Source: a virus. Taken from it: DNA of 56,702 nt. The stretch lies in the UHGV virus genome UHGV-0213557. One strand, 5' to 3'. The notes below the pieces were generated by a model that ran no database searches, had not been told where the DNA came from, and was given only the letters and a program-made list of their open reading frames with translations. How positions within the stretch are numbered: position 1 is the stretch's first letter; each line of letters opens with the position of its first letter. A program made the translations under genes and the position numbers. Positions 1 through 8,336 of this stretch are shown piece by piece.

Positions 1-76
1 ATAATATCCAAGTGCTTTATCTATTTATTTAATTATTTTTCTCTAATTTTTTCTCAGAAAGTTTATATACTATTCT

Positions 77-187
77 TTCTATCTTATTATATATATATAT
101 CTATATCTGTTTCTCTTATTTTCAAAAGTTTAATTCTAAATTCTTCTTTTCTCTTTTCAATATCTATACTATCAAGTAAATTCTCAT
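77..187 (-). CDS. Small leader-adjacent ORF (~36 aa, MYENLLDSIDIEKRKEEF...), diverged paralog of 1881-2075
   Basis: Hand translation. The MYENLL/MCENLL N-termini and the flanking DNA are conserved between the two copies. Confidence 0.3.
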
Positions 188-217
188 ACATTGTATTACC
201 CCCCCAAAAACTAAAAT

Positions 218-1021
218 CTAATTATTTTTATACAATATATAGTAGTTTTTCTTGTCTCCTTTGATTGAGATAGGATTATTATTTTCTTTCAACCACACTT
301 TGACCTTTTCTGTAACCTTATTAGAATATTTTGTTACAGTACCAGTCCAATTGCCATTCGTTTCTAATACTGTTTTCATTTCATCTTCTTTAATATCAAG
401 CTTTCTTATAATTTGCTTAACTGCCATAAATGCTGGTTTATTAGACATTGTGTAAAGTCCTAATTTTTTTGCAATCTGCTTTGTATCATAAAAATGTTCT
501 TTTTCTTCAACTTCAAGAGGCAATTCAATACCTGCTCTTTCAAAAAAAGTCTTAGTTACAAGAAGTTTCATACTTTTATCAATGTTTAAATCATCAAAAA
601 TTGGAGTTATTAACCTAATTGACTCATTAACTGTTTCTAATTTTTCTAATGCTTTCATTTCTTTCTTTTCTTCTTTAACTCTAAAATAACTATTTACCAA
701 TTGTCTTTGTACTTTCCAAGCTAAATCATCTGTAAAAGATTTTACTAACATTAGATAACCTGTTTCAGTTAATAAGATTAATTCTCTTGCATTACTGCCA
801 ACGAAATTCGTTGTCTGTTTAATTGTTGATAATTCTTTTCCTTCTAAATAAAAATAGTCCTCATTTTTTATAAAGTGCTTCTTATTTTCTCTAAAATTTC
901 TACCTGCTGTTCCTTCTACTCTTTCATGTACTCTGTCAATTTCTTTAAATGTAACTACTCTTTGATTATTAAATTCCTTAACTTGCACTTCTTGATTGTT
1001 AATTAGTACTAAATTGTTCAT
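218..1021 (-). CDS. Phage antirepressor (ORF6N-like N-terminal domain + KilA-C C-terminal domain)
   Basis: N-terminus ..VTFKEIDRVHERVEGTAGRNFREN..; C-terminus ..FYDTKQIAKKLG..ETNGNWTGTVTKY.. is shared with 2120-2947. Confidence 0.65.
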   Translation of the reverse strand: MNNLVLINNQEVQVKEFNNQRVVTFKEIDRVHERVEGTAGRNFRENKKHFIKNEDYFYLEGKELSTIKQTTNFVGSNARELILLTETGYLMLVKSFTDDLAWKVQRQLVNSYFRVKEEKKEMKALEKLETVNESIRLITPIFDDLNIDKSMKLLVTKTFFERAGIELPLEVEEKEHFYDTKQIAKKLGLYTMSNKPAFMAVKQIIRKLDIKEDEMKTVLETNGNWTGTVTKYSNKVTEKVKVWLKENNNPISIKGDKKNYYILYKNN

Positions 1022-1159
1022 AAAAACACACTCCTTAATTGATTTTTTTTAAGGAATGACATATACTATAATTAATGTATATGTAGTATATGTCAATAAG
1101 AGTTACTCAAACTTGGTAGGGGCGAGTGGCTCTTATTTTTTATTCCTTAAGTATATTAT

Positions 1160-1262
1160 ATCGCACACATTATATAATGTCAACATTATATAATTATATT
1201 GTTTGCATATTATATATTGCAAACATTATATAATTGTTGTATAATATACTTAAGAGGTGAAA
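1160..1262. promoter_or_regulatory. Operator/promoter region: 24-bp perfect palindrome GTTTGCATATTATATATTGCAAAC plus three direct repeats ACATTATATAAT
   Basis: Palindrome at ~1201-1224; repeats at ~1168, 1184, 1224, immediately upstream of the HTH gene. Confidence 0.5.
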
Positions 1263-1264
1263 AA

Positions 1265-1468
1265 ATGTATTTTAACATTGATAAATTACTTGAATCCAAA
1301 GGTCGAACTAGATATTGGTTAGCTAAAGAAGTAGGTATAGCTTATCCTAACATGATGAAATTAGCTAACAATGAAACAAGTTCTATAAAATTAGATTTAT
1401 TCGAAAAGCTTTGTCTTGTTCTTGAATGTACACCTAATGAACTTGTTACTTTATCTAGCAAAGAATAA
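1265..1468 (+). CDS. XRE-family helix-turn-helix regulator (68 aa from the RBS-preceded ATG; the ORF track extends to a TTG at 1199)
   Basis: aagaggtgaaaaa-ATG; sequence ..YWLAKEVGIAYPNMMKLANNETSSIKLDLFEKLC.. is a Cro/CI-type HTH. Confidence 0.65.
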   Translation: MYFNIDKLLESKGRTRYWLAKEVGIAYPNMMKLANNETSSIKLDLFEKLCLVLECTPNELVTLSSKE

Positions 1469-1480
1469 CAAAAGCACCTA

Positions 1481-1512
1481 CTATTTAAGTAAGTGCTTCT
1501 TTTTTCTATTTA
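1481..1512 (-). terminator. Rho-independent terminator at the distal end of CRISPR array 1 (hairpin AAGCACTTAC..GTAGGTGCTT plus U-run on the minus strand)
   Basis: Inverted repeat aaaagcacctact atttaa gtaagtgcttctttttt; the same element recurs at 3361-3400 and 12282-12320. Confidence 0.6.
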
Positions 1513-1802
1513 ATTTTGAATCCACATAGTTAATATAAAACATAAACATTACTCCACAGCACATGTCAAATGTTGAAACATTTACATACCACTTAGTTAA
1601 TATAAACCTAAAAGCATCTTCTATTAGAAGGTTGAAGGAATTAACATTTACATACCACTTAGTTAATATAAAATCAAGAAATGAGTTCAGCATTATTGCA
1701 GTTAACGCACTTTACATACCACATAGTTAATATAAAATGACCAACGCAGAATTTGAGAAGATGCCTTATACATTCTTTACATACCACATAGTTAATATAA
1801 CT
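1513..1802 (-). CRISPR. CRISPR array 1: five 29-bp repeats (plus-strand reading ATTTACATACCAC[T/A]TAGTTAATATAAAAC), ~37-nt spacers; degenerate terminal repeat at 1513-1541; only a ~70-bp leader remnant at 1803-1875
   Basis: Repeats start ~1513, 1580, 1646, 1710, 1775. Reverse complement matches the C. difficile type I-B repeat GTTTTATATTAACTATGTGGTATGTAAAT. The leader-proximal repeat is at high coordinates, so transcription is leftward. Confidence 0.9.
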
Positions 1803-1880
1803 CTTATCTCTATTATACCATTTTATACCAAACAAAGCACTTGAAACTATGTAATATTCAAGTGCTTTATCTATATTATT

Positions 1881-2075
1881 TTACTTATTTTCTCTCTCTT
1901 GTTGTTCCCTAAGAATACCTCTCAATATCTCTGCATACTCTTGAAATTTTTCTTCATTGTCCTGTTTTAATTTATATAATAATGTAGCAAACTTTACAAA
2001 GTATTCTACATCTTCATCAGTTTTTAAATTATATTCATTAAGTAAATTCTCACACATTGTATTAATCCCCCTCAA
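1881..2075 (-). CDS. Small hypothetical protein (64 aa) between an antirepressor gene and the array 1 leader remnant
   Basis: ORF track; paralog of the 77-187 ORF. Confidence 0.35.
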   Translation of the reverse strand: MRGINTMCENLLNEYNLKTDEDVEYFVKFATLLYKLKQDNEEKFQEYAEILRGILREQQERENK

Positions 2076-2119
2076 AACTAAAATAAACTAAACTAAATTA
2101 TTTAATACAACTGATAAAT

Positions 2120-2947
2120 TTACTCAATCTTATAAACCACATGATAATTCTTCTTTTCACCTGCAATCTTAGCAGGTCTATTATTTTCCTCTATCCAATT
2201 TCTAACCTTATCTATTACACTCTTTGTATATTTATTTACAGTACCAGTCCAAGAACCATTAGTTTCCCAAACGCCTTTGACTTCGTTTTCTTCTAAATCA
2301 ATCTTTTTAATAATTTCACAAACAGCCAACTGTGCTGGTTTATTACTCTTAGAATATATTTTCAGTTTAGATGCTATTTGTTTTGTGTCAAAGAAAGATT
2401 CCTCTTCTTCAATTTCTATAGGTAAATCAATGCCTGCCTTTTTATATAATGTTTTAGCTGTTAATAGTTTGGATTTATTGTCAAATCCTGCACCATCTAG
2501 CAATTCTTTTAACATAGATGTGCTGTTATAGGCTAATTGTAACTTTTCAATCTCACTTGCTTTTTCTCTTAGTTTTTCGGGATTAGCATTGTTAGTTATG
2601 TATGCACCAGTTTGTCTTATTGATGGTAGTACATCTACTGCTAACCATGTTTGAAATTTTACTGCTATTTCATTTTTAGCTTTCATACCTAAAAGATAAA
2701 ATAATGATTCAGGTATATACTCATCTTTCCCCAACAAGTTGAGGAAACCAAATTCTTTACAGTATTTATTAATAGTTTCCCATCTAATTGATACATATTG
2801 CTTACCATTTTTATTCTGTGTCTGACACCATCCAAACCCTACAGCTGTATCCTCTGCATTAATTCCTATACTTCCATCTTCATATTTAATAGTTCTTATT
2901 TTTATTCCTAATTCATTATTTTCAAAATTCATCAGTTCATTATTCAT
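2120..2947 (-). CDS. Phage antirepressor (Bro-N-like N-terminus + KilA-C C-terminus)
   Basis: C-terminus FFDTKQIASKL...ETNGSWTGTVNKYT... is paralogous to 218-1021. Confidence 0.65.
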   Translation of the reverse strand: MNNELMNFENNELGIKIRTIKYEDGSIGINAEDTAVGFGWCQTQNKNGKQYVSIRWETINKYCKEFGFLNLLGKDEYIPESLFYLLGMKAKNEIAVKFQTWLAVDVLPSIRQTGAYITNNANPEKLREKASEIEKLQLAYNSTSMLKELLDGAGFDNKSKLLTAKTLYKKAGIDLPIEIEEEESFFDTKQIASKLKIYSKSNKPAQLAVCEIIKKIDLEENEVKGVWETNGSWTGTVNKYTKSVIDKVRNWIEENNRPAKIAGEKKNYHVVYKIE

Positions 2948-3070
2948 ACAAAAATCACCCTTTCGATTTATTATCTTGAAAGAGTTATCTTTACATGATA
3001 GAATATTTCATATAGAGATAACTCTAGGTTAAGTAGTCCAGTATGCTTTGGTCGGCGTTGGGCTACTTTT

Positions 3071-3244
3071 TTACTTATCTTCCTCCAAAAGTAAGTCTAC
3101 TCCTTTTCTTATTGCTTCTGTTCTAGTAAGATTTTCTTTCTCACAATAATCTAATAATTTTTTATGAGTATTTTCATCAAATCTTACTTTGACATCAATA
3201 TTTTTAGGATTATCAACTTTTGGTCTTCCCATTTTAGAACTCAT
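3071..3244 (-). CDS. Ribbon-helix-helix (CopG/Arc-like) regulator, 57 aa, not in the ORF track
   Basis: Hand translation MSSKMGRPKVDNPKNIDVKVRFDENTHKKLLDYCEKENLTRTEAIRKGVDLL; RBS GGTGA. Promoter region 3255-3305 has TTGTGTTCCA direct repeats flanking a TAATATAAT -10. Confidence 0.5.
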   Translation of the reverse strand: MSSKMGRPKVDNPKNIDVKVRFDENTHKKLLDYCEKENLTRTEAIRKGVDLLLEEDK

Positions 3245-3360
3245 TGTTTCACCTCACTTTTTGTGTTCCATAATATAATTATATTATTTGTGTTCCAAAA
3301 AGTCAATAACTTATCCCAATTTTTTCTAATTATTTTACTCAACCGACCAATTTTGAGCAA

Positions 3361-3400
3361 AACAAAAGCACCTACTATTTAAGTAAGTGCTTTCTTTTTT
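3361..3400 (-). terminator. Terminator hairpin at the distal end of CRISPR array 2
   Basis: Same aaaagcacctactatttaagtaagtgctttcttttt element as at 1481-1512. Confidence 0.55.
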
Positions 3401-3407
3401 CTATTTA

Positions 3408-3831
3408 ATTTTGAATCCACATAGTTAATATAAAACAATTATCCATACCTTTAAAAATTATCTTGCTTCCATTATTTACATACCACTTAGTTAATATAAA
3501 ACATTCAAGAAGTAACTGTAATTGTTCATCTGTAAAATAATTTACATTCCATATAGTTAATCTAAAACGATAGACAAAGCTAGTGCAGACGCTAAAGTAC
3601 AATCATTTACATTCCATATAGTTAATCTAAAACCTTTCATAACTGATGTTAAAGACTCATTATATGTACTATTTACATTCCATATAGTTAATCTAAAACA
3701 GAAAGATTAAAAAATAGAATGATACTTCTTACAACATTTACATTCCATATAGTTAATCTAAAACGAATAACAATAAGAATAACAACAACAATAAAAAGGT
3801 TAATTTACATTCCATATAGTTAATCTAAAAC
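3408..3831 (-). CRISPR. CRISPR array 2: seven repeats. Two distal repeats are the ...CCAC[A/T]TAGTTAATATAAAAC type; five leader-proximal repeats are the variant ATTTACATTCCATATAGTTAATCTAAAAC. Leader at 3832-~4030
   Basis: Repeats start ~3408, 3474, 3540, 3605, 3671, 3736, 3803. Variant reverse complement GTTTTAGATTAACTATATGGAATGTAAAT. Leader (ccccaaaataaac...ctcaaatttgcagtga...gtgcaattgataaca...) is paralogous to 56489-56702. Confidence 0.9.
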
Positions 3832-4029
3832 CCCAAAATAAACTTGGCATTTCCAATACCTACACATACGCATCTCTCTCAAATTTGCAGTGAACCATGA
3901 GTAGTGCAATTGATAACATTTATCACACACCCTCAATACCTTGTATTCCAATTGTTAAACTTCAATTTATCGCAAATATTGCTCACTGCAAAATCTCTAC
4001 ATTTTTATTATATCATAAAAATATTATTT

Positions 4030-4170
4030 TTGAATATCTGTACCAATTTGTGGTATAATAAAAGCAAGGAAATAATTTACTTTATACAAGAGTAGCTATT
4101 TCCATCAAAATTGATTTAAAGAATTATTTTTTTAAATCACCCTTATTGGCGTCTGGGTGATTTTTTATTT
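4030..4170 (+). ncRNA. Putative antisense antitoxin sRNA for toxin 4124-4228: promoter TTGAAT-N18-TGgTATAAT (4030-4059), TSS ~4067, terminator hairpin TCACCC..GGGTGA+T7 at 4137-4170
   Basis: Extended -10 and intrinsic terminator on the plus strand overlapping the toxin 3' end. Confidence 0.4.
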
Positions 4171-4228
4171 TGTCATAAATATAAGCTGATATAACACCAG
4201 CTAGTATGCTTAATAAAAAACCTATCAT
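4124..4228 (-). CDS. Type I toxin-like small membrane peptide (34 aa: MIGFLLSILAGVISAYIYDKIKNHPDANKGDLKK)
   Basis: Hand translation; GGAGGTGAAATTAT-ATG RBS; hydrophobic N-terminal helix plus charged tail; convergent antisense promoter and terminator (next feature). Confidence 0.55.
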   Translation of the reverse strand: MIGFLLSILAGVISAYIYDKIKNHPDANKGDLKK

Positions 4229-4494
4229 ATAATTTCACCTCCTTCCTTATTTGGAATTTGGCGTTTAATATGAAAATAATCACCCTTCGCACTTTCGATT
4301 ATTATCCTTGCTACAATTATTATAACATATAATTATTACATATTTTTCCATTTTTTTTATATAAACAATGAAATTCAAGTAAATAAATACCTACTTATTT
4401 ATATATATTTTATAAATTAATTGCTTTATAATCAAGTTTTCAATTTTTTAATAAAAATTTTTATTTTTTATTTTATATAAACAATATTTTTTCT

Positions 4495-4652
4495 AATTTG
4501 TGGTATAATAAAAGCAAGAAGAACTACAATCTATTTTGCGGTAGAGTGAAGTTCATAATTAAATGAATCTATTTGAACTTATGGAACTTGATTTTAAAAT
4601 CAAATTCCCAGCCACTTTTACTCTTGCCACGAGTTGAGTGGCTTTTTACTTT
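4495..4652 (+). ncRNA. Putative antisense antitoxin sRNA for toxin 4569-4730: TGgTATAAT at 4501-4509, terminator AGCCAC..GTGGCT+Ts at ~4609-4652
   Basis: Paralogous to the 4030-4170 unit (shared aatttgtggtataataaaagcaag). Confidence 0.4.
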
Positions 4653-4730
4653 TAGAAATACTTTACAAATTAAGCAAAATATTAAACTAGCAATAACGCC
4701 AGCTATTACATTAAGTAAAAAGTTATTCAT
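4569..4730 (-). CDS. Type I toxin-like peptide (53 aa: MNNFLLNVIAGVIASLIFCLICKVFLKVKSHSTRGKSKSGWEFDFKIKFHKFK)
   Basis: Hand translation; RBS GGAGGTGGGAAGT-ATG; TM helix plus Lys-rich C-terminus. Toxin promoters (TGTTATAAT, minus strand) at ~4318-4330 and ~4819-4831 give ~80-nt 5'UTRs. Confidence 0.6.
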   Translation of the reverse strand: MNNFLLNVIAGVIASLIFCLICKVFLKVKSHSTRGKSKSGWEFDFKIKFHKFK

Positions 4731-4877
4731 ACTTCCCACCTCCTTTCATTAGGAAGTAGGTTTTATCCCAGTATGAACTCCACTCTATAAATTGTAGATT
4801 ACATCTTCTTGCTAAAAATATTATAACATATAATTATTACATATTTTACCTATTCTATATTTATTTTTTTATTTTGC

Positions 4878-4996
4878 TATCTTCTTCGTCCCCTCTTTCT
4901 CTCTCTTTCAGCTTCTTTCATTGCTTCCTCTTCATCTTCTATCTTTATAAGTATTGAGGCGGCTGCTAACGCTCTCTCATTAACTTCTAAATTCAT
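4878..4996 (-). CDS. Small ORF (39 aa, MNLEVNERALAAASILIKIEDEEEAMKEAERERKRGRRR) downstream of the XkdN-like gene
   Basis: Hand translation; no strong RBS. Confidence 0.25.
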
Positions 4997-5070
4997 ATAT
5001 TCACTTGGCTTCCACTTTAATTTTTGAATACAATAATGAGTGATGCTAGCATCAAAATCGCCACCTCTGA

Positions 5071-5511
5071 TTAGTTTTTTGCTTCTTCTACTTTATCCTC
5101 AAAAGATGTATCAAATCCATTGACTTCATTCACTTTTACTGTATAATTGACATACTCACCTGCTGTAAGCATTGTCTTTAATAACTGAGCTTCTCCCATT
5201 ACTCCATAACTATTTTGGAGTTCGGCATCCTTTAAATCTGGAAATACTGTAGATGCTACACATAATTCAGCTACATAACTATTGTAGTCAATTTCACTTG
5301 TATATTGTCCAGTATGCTTACCATTGTTACCAATCACTTTTACTCTTTTAGTACACTTTCTTCTTAGTGCTTCGTCTTCTTCAGATGATAAAACTTTTAA
5401 TTCCCATTCAACTGGTTTCCCTTCTTTATCTAAAAATCTGTTACTCGCTACATATTTTACATTATCAACCTTTATTGCATTTTGACTTAAAAAAGCACTT
5501 AAATTACTCAT
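5071..5511 (-). CDS. XkdN-like tail assembly chaperone
   Basis: Position immediately after sheath and tube in a PBSX-like tail module; 146 aa, acidic. Confidence 0.45.
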   Translation of the reverse strand: MSNLSAFLSQNAIKVDNVKYVASNRFLDKEGKPVEWELKVLSSEEDEALRRKCTKRVKVIGNNGKHTGQYTSEIDYNSYVAELCVASTVFPDLKDAELQNSYGVMGEAQLLKTMLTAGEYVNYTVKVNEVNGFDTSFEDKVEEAKN

Positions 5512-5582
5512 ATTATTCTAATCTCCTTTTATTTTAATTTTTCATATAAAAAATACACATATATAATTTATAAATGTGTATT

Positions 5583-6053
5583 TTACTCCATTCCTGCCAA
5601 TAAATTAAATTTTTCTACTAATTCCCAATCCTCAAAAGTGAAATCCATATCTTCATCTAAATACTCACCATCAGCATCAAATTTAGTAATTATTCCACTG
5701 TCCATATTACAATCTTTAAGTACTACTGTCTGTCTTCCTACAGCAGATGTAGGGTCTTCATTTGTAACTTGTATGTCAAAATAAATATCCTCACCAGTTT
5801 CTTTATATCTGTAAAGTAATTCTCTAAAAATAGAAGTATTATAATGAAATGTTGCACTTCCAGTATTTGTACTCCCAGTTGTTTTATTTCCCTTTGTTGT
5901 TCTTCCTAGAATTGGAACTTCACTTTTATTTTTTTCCATTTTAGCCTCTAAATCTATAGCTTGCATAAAATTATATCTTTTACCTTCTATAGTTATAAAA
6001 CATTCAGCTTTCTTTGCACTAACTGTATCTTTAGCATTTATTGTTTGAGCCAT
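5583..6053 (-). CDS. Tail tube protein (XkdM-like)
   Basis: 156 aa directly downstream of the sheath gene. Confidence 0.65.
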   Translation of the reverse strand: MAQTINAKDTVSAKKAECFITIEGKRYNFMQAIDLEAKMEKNKSEVPILGRTTKGNKTTGSTNTGSATFHYNTSIFRELLYRYKETGEDIYFDIQVTNEDPTSAVGRQTVVLKDCNMDSGIITKFDADGEYLDEDMDFTFEDWELVEKFNLLAGME

Positions 6054-6069
6054 ATTATCACTCTCCTCT

Positions 6070-7380
6070 CTAATTAACTGAAACAGTCATATAAAGCTTA
6101 CTCATAGCATTTATTACCTTAACAGCATCAGATACTATGACAGTTTTCTTATCATTTCCAAGCTCTACACTAACATCATCAGTTTTAAAATCTTCTATTG
6201 CCCTTATATTCTCTAATTCTTTATGGTGTTTAACAACATCATTCCAGAAACTTATTCTTCCTGCCTTATCATTCGGAACTTTACCTAAATACTTTTCATT
6301 AAATAAAGTTGCAATATCATTAGCAATTTGGTCAAGTACTCTAACACTTTGGTTACTTGAAAAATCGTCATTTTTATCATCTGTAAATGATACAAAAGTA
6401 TTTATATCCTCTAACACATGAACTTCATCTCCCACCTTGTGGAATATAAATTTACCAGTTTTTAAAGCTTCTTCAAGTTGTATTTGTGTATAATTAACAT
6501 CAACATCAAACTCACCATCATACTTTTTATTAGTATTAGATTTATTTATATCGCATCCTGCTATAACTCCAGCCGCCCAATAAATTAAACTAGATTCTAC
6601 TAATCCAATATCTTTAATCTTATTTTCTACAGACACTACACCTTCATAATCTGCATCACTTTTCTTATATAGTACTGTTTGAAACTTAGCTCCTACCTTA
6701 TCTCTCATTCTCTTTGTAAATTCTACAAATAAACTTTTAATTTCTGTTGTTGTAGCCAAACATCCTAAAGCATTAAAGCTATAGCTTTCTATTTTATCCA
6801 AGAAAGCTTGGTACTCTGCTCCTGTCACAGCTTCGCCATTAGTTCCACCAGTAAATACAAGTCCTGCACTTGCTTCTAGTGTTGCATCCTTCTTCCAAGT
6901 GATATAGTCATTGTCTTGTAAGTCTGTAATAACCTTTGCTATTTGAGTATCTACCTTCTTATTATCTAAAAGTGTTACAACATCAAACTTAGCATTATCA
7001 TCTATATTTGTTGTAACTGTTACTTTTAAGTCATTTCCTCTGATACCACTATATTTTGCTGTGGCTATAGTACAACTGGCTTTAACGCCTTTATTTAATT
7101 TATAAAAATATCCCAACCTTATATTTTTGAATAAATCTCTCAAACCTTTCAGCTTCTCATGAGTATAATCATATCCAAAATACTTCACTGAATACTTCTC
7201 AAAATCATCACTGGTTACTTGAAATACGTCTTCATCTATGCCCCAATCTAACTCTAAAGGTATTGCAACAATACCTCTATCCGATAATGAACTGGTTGCC
7301 CTCTTAGCTGAGATAAAATTTATATAGCTACCTGGTAATATTTTATTCTGTGTTACAAATGTTCCTCCACCTAACGCCAA
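6070..7380 (-). CDS. Contractile tail sheath protein
   Basis: 436 aa; sheath-like N-terminus; synteny sheath-tube-chaperone. Confidence 0.8.
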   Translation of the reverse strand: MALGGGTFVTQNKILPGSYINFISAKRATSSLSDRGIVAIPLELDWGIDEDVFQVTSDDFEKYSVKYFGYDYTHEKLKGLRDLFKNIRLGYFYKLNKGVKASCTIATAKYSGIRGNDLKVTVTTNIDDNAKFDVVTLLDNKKVDTQIAKVITDLQDNDYITWKKDATLEASAGLVFTGGTNGEAVTGAEYQAFLDKIESYSFNALGCLATTTEIKSLFVEFTKRMRDKVGAKFQTVLYKKSDADYEGVVSVENKIKDIGLVESSLIYWAAGVIAGCDINKSNTNKKYDGEFDVDVNYTQIQLEEALKTGKFIFHKVGDEVHVLEDINTFVSFTDDKNDDFSSNQSVRVLDQIANDIATLFNEKYLGKVPNDKAGRISFWNDVVKHHKELENIRAIEDFKTDDVSVELGNDKKTVIVSDAVKVINAMSKLYMTVSVN

Positions 7381-7381
7381 A

Positions 7382-7567
7382 TTAACTCACTCCTTTCATA
7401 AAGCTATTTATTATTTCCTCTACCTCTGAGAAGGAATATAACTCATTTTCTTTTAAAATTGCATTTAATAAGTCTTTTCTATTTATATACTTCTTAGAAT
7501 TAACTATCTGCTCCTTAGTAAACTTGTAATCGGTTCCTTTACTTAATGTCTTACTCAAAATTATCAC
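7382..7567 (-). CDS. Hypothetical small protein
   Basis: ORF track only. Confidence 0.3.
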   Translation of the reverse strand: MIILSKTLSKGTDYKFTKEQIVNSKKYINRKDLLNAILKENELYSFSEVEEIINSFMKGVS

Positions 7568-7988
7568 CTCTCTTCAAACCACCGAATAACTCTACTGTAT
7601 CCATCTTATTGATATCATTATTTTTTATAGTAAAGTAGTTATAATCAACAAAGAAATGAAGTACATTATCTACAATTTCAAAGTTCATATTTGTACCTCT
7701 GACTAAATCTCCATCAATTTCTATATACTCTAATTCCTCCAGTAGCATCTCAGCTACCTCATCTATTTCAAATGATTTATCATTACTTTTTGGAAAATAA
7801 TGTACATCAAAAGAGTTCTTTTTTAATGTCCTGCCACTTGGATAGGATACTTTGCTTGGATTTAAAGGAACAATAAAAAAACAAGGTTCATTTATACCTT
7901 GCTCCACATCTTCACTATAAATTGTATAACTCTCTCCAAATGTTTTATCTAATTTAATAGATATTCCATCAATTATATTATTAAGCAT
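7551..7988 (-). CDS. Hypothetical structural protein (tail completion / sheath stabiliser position)
   Basis: AAAGGAG-N7-ATG RBS at ~7988; sits just before the sheath gene. Confidence 0.4.
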   Translation of the reverse strand: MLNNIIDGISIKLDKTFGESYTIYSEDVEQGINEPCFFIVPLNPSKVSYPSGRTLKKNSFDVHYFPKSNDKSFEIDEVAEMLLEELEYIEIDGDLVRGTNMNFEIVDNVLHFFVDYNYFTIKNNDINKMDTVELFGGLKRGDNFE

Positions 7989-8336
7989 CAAATACTCCTT
8001 TAAGCAATATTAATAGTTTTTTCTCTATAATCTTATCAACTTGGCTTTGTAGTTCCATCTCTGAAATTGTTAAGAAATGTTGTCCTTTAACCCAACCTTT
8101 TCCATCTTTAGTTCTATGGCCATATTCAACATATGCATTTTGTTATCCTAAAGGCTTTTTATCCTCTAGCTCTTATAGTTTCCTATAAGTTCGGCGTACA
8201 TCATCAACAAAATAAACTTTATTTAGTTGCCCAGCACTCTTGGAGAGATTATATTTATTCACTCTCTACGCTCTACGGAAACCTATAGCCTATTCGCAAT
8301 CTATAGGTTTTCCTCGGTATTGGCATATATAATTAA

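Noticed and set aside
85-110. (AT)n / atatatatatctatatc microsatellite
   Set aside because: Short, low-complexity tract in AT-rich intergenic DNA; no evidence of function.
3164-3382. 72-aa plus-strand ORF
   Set aside because: It overlaps the better-supported minus-strand RHH gene (3071-3244) and its promoter, and has no RBS.
7992-8336. Possible group I intron hosting the HNH endonuclease
   Set aside because: Flanking ORFs 7551-7988 and 9253-9543 each have their own RBS and start and do not read as halves of one split gene. Kept only as structured non-coding DNA; needs an Rfam scan.
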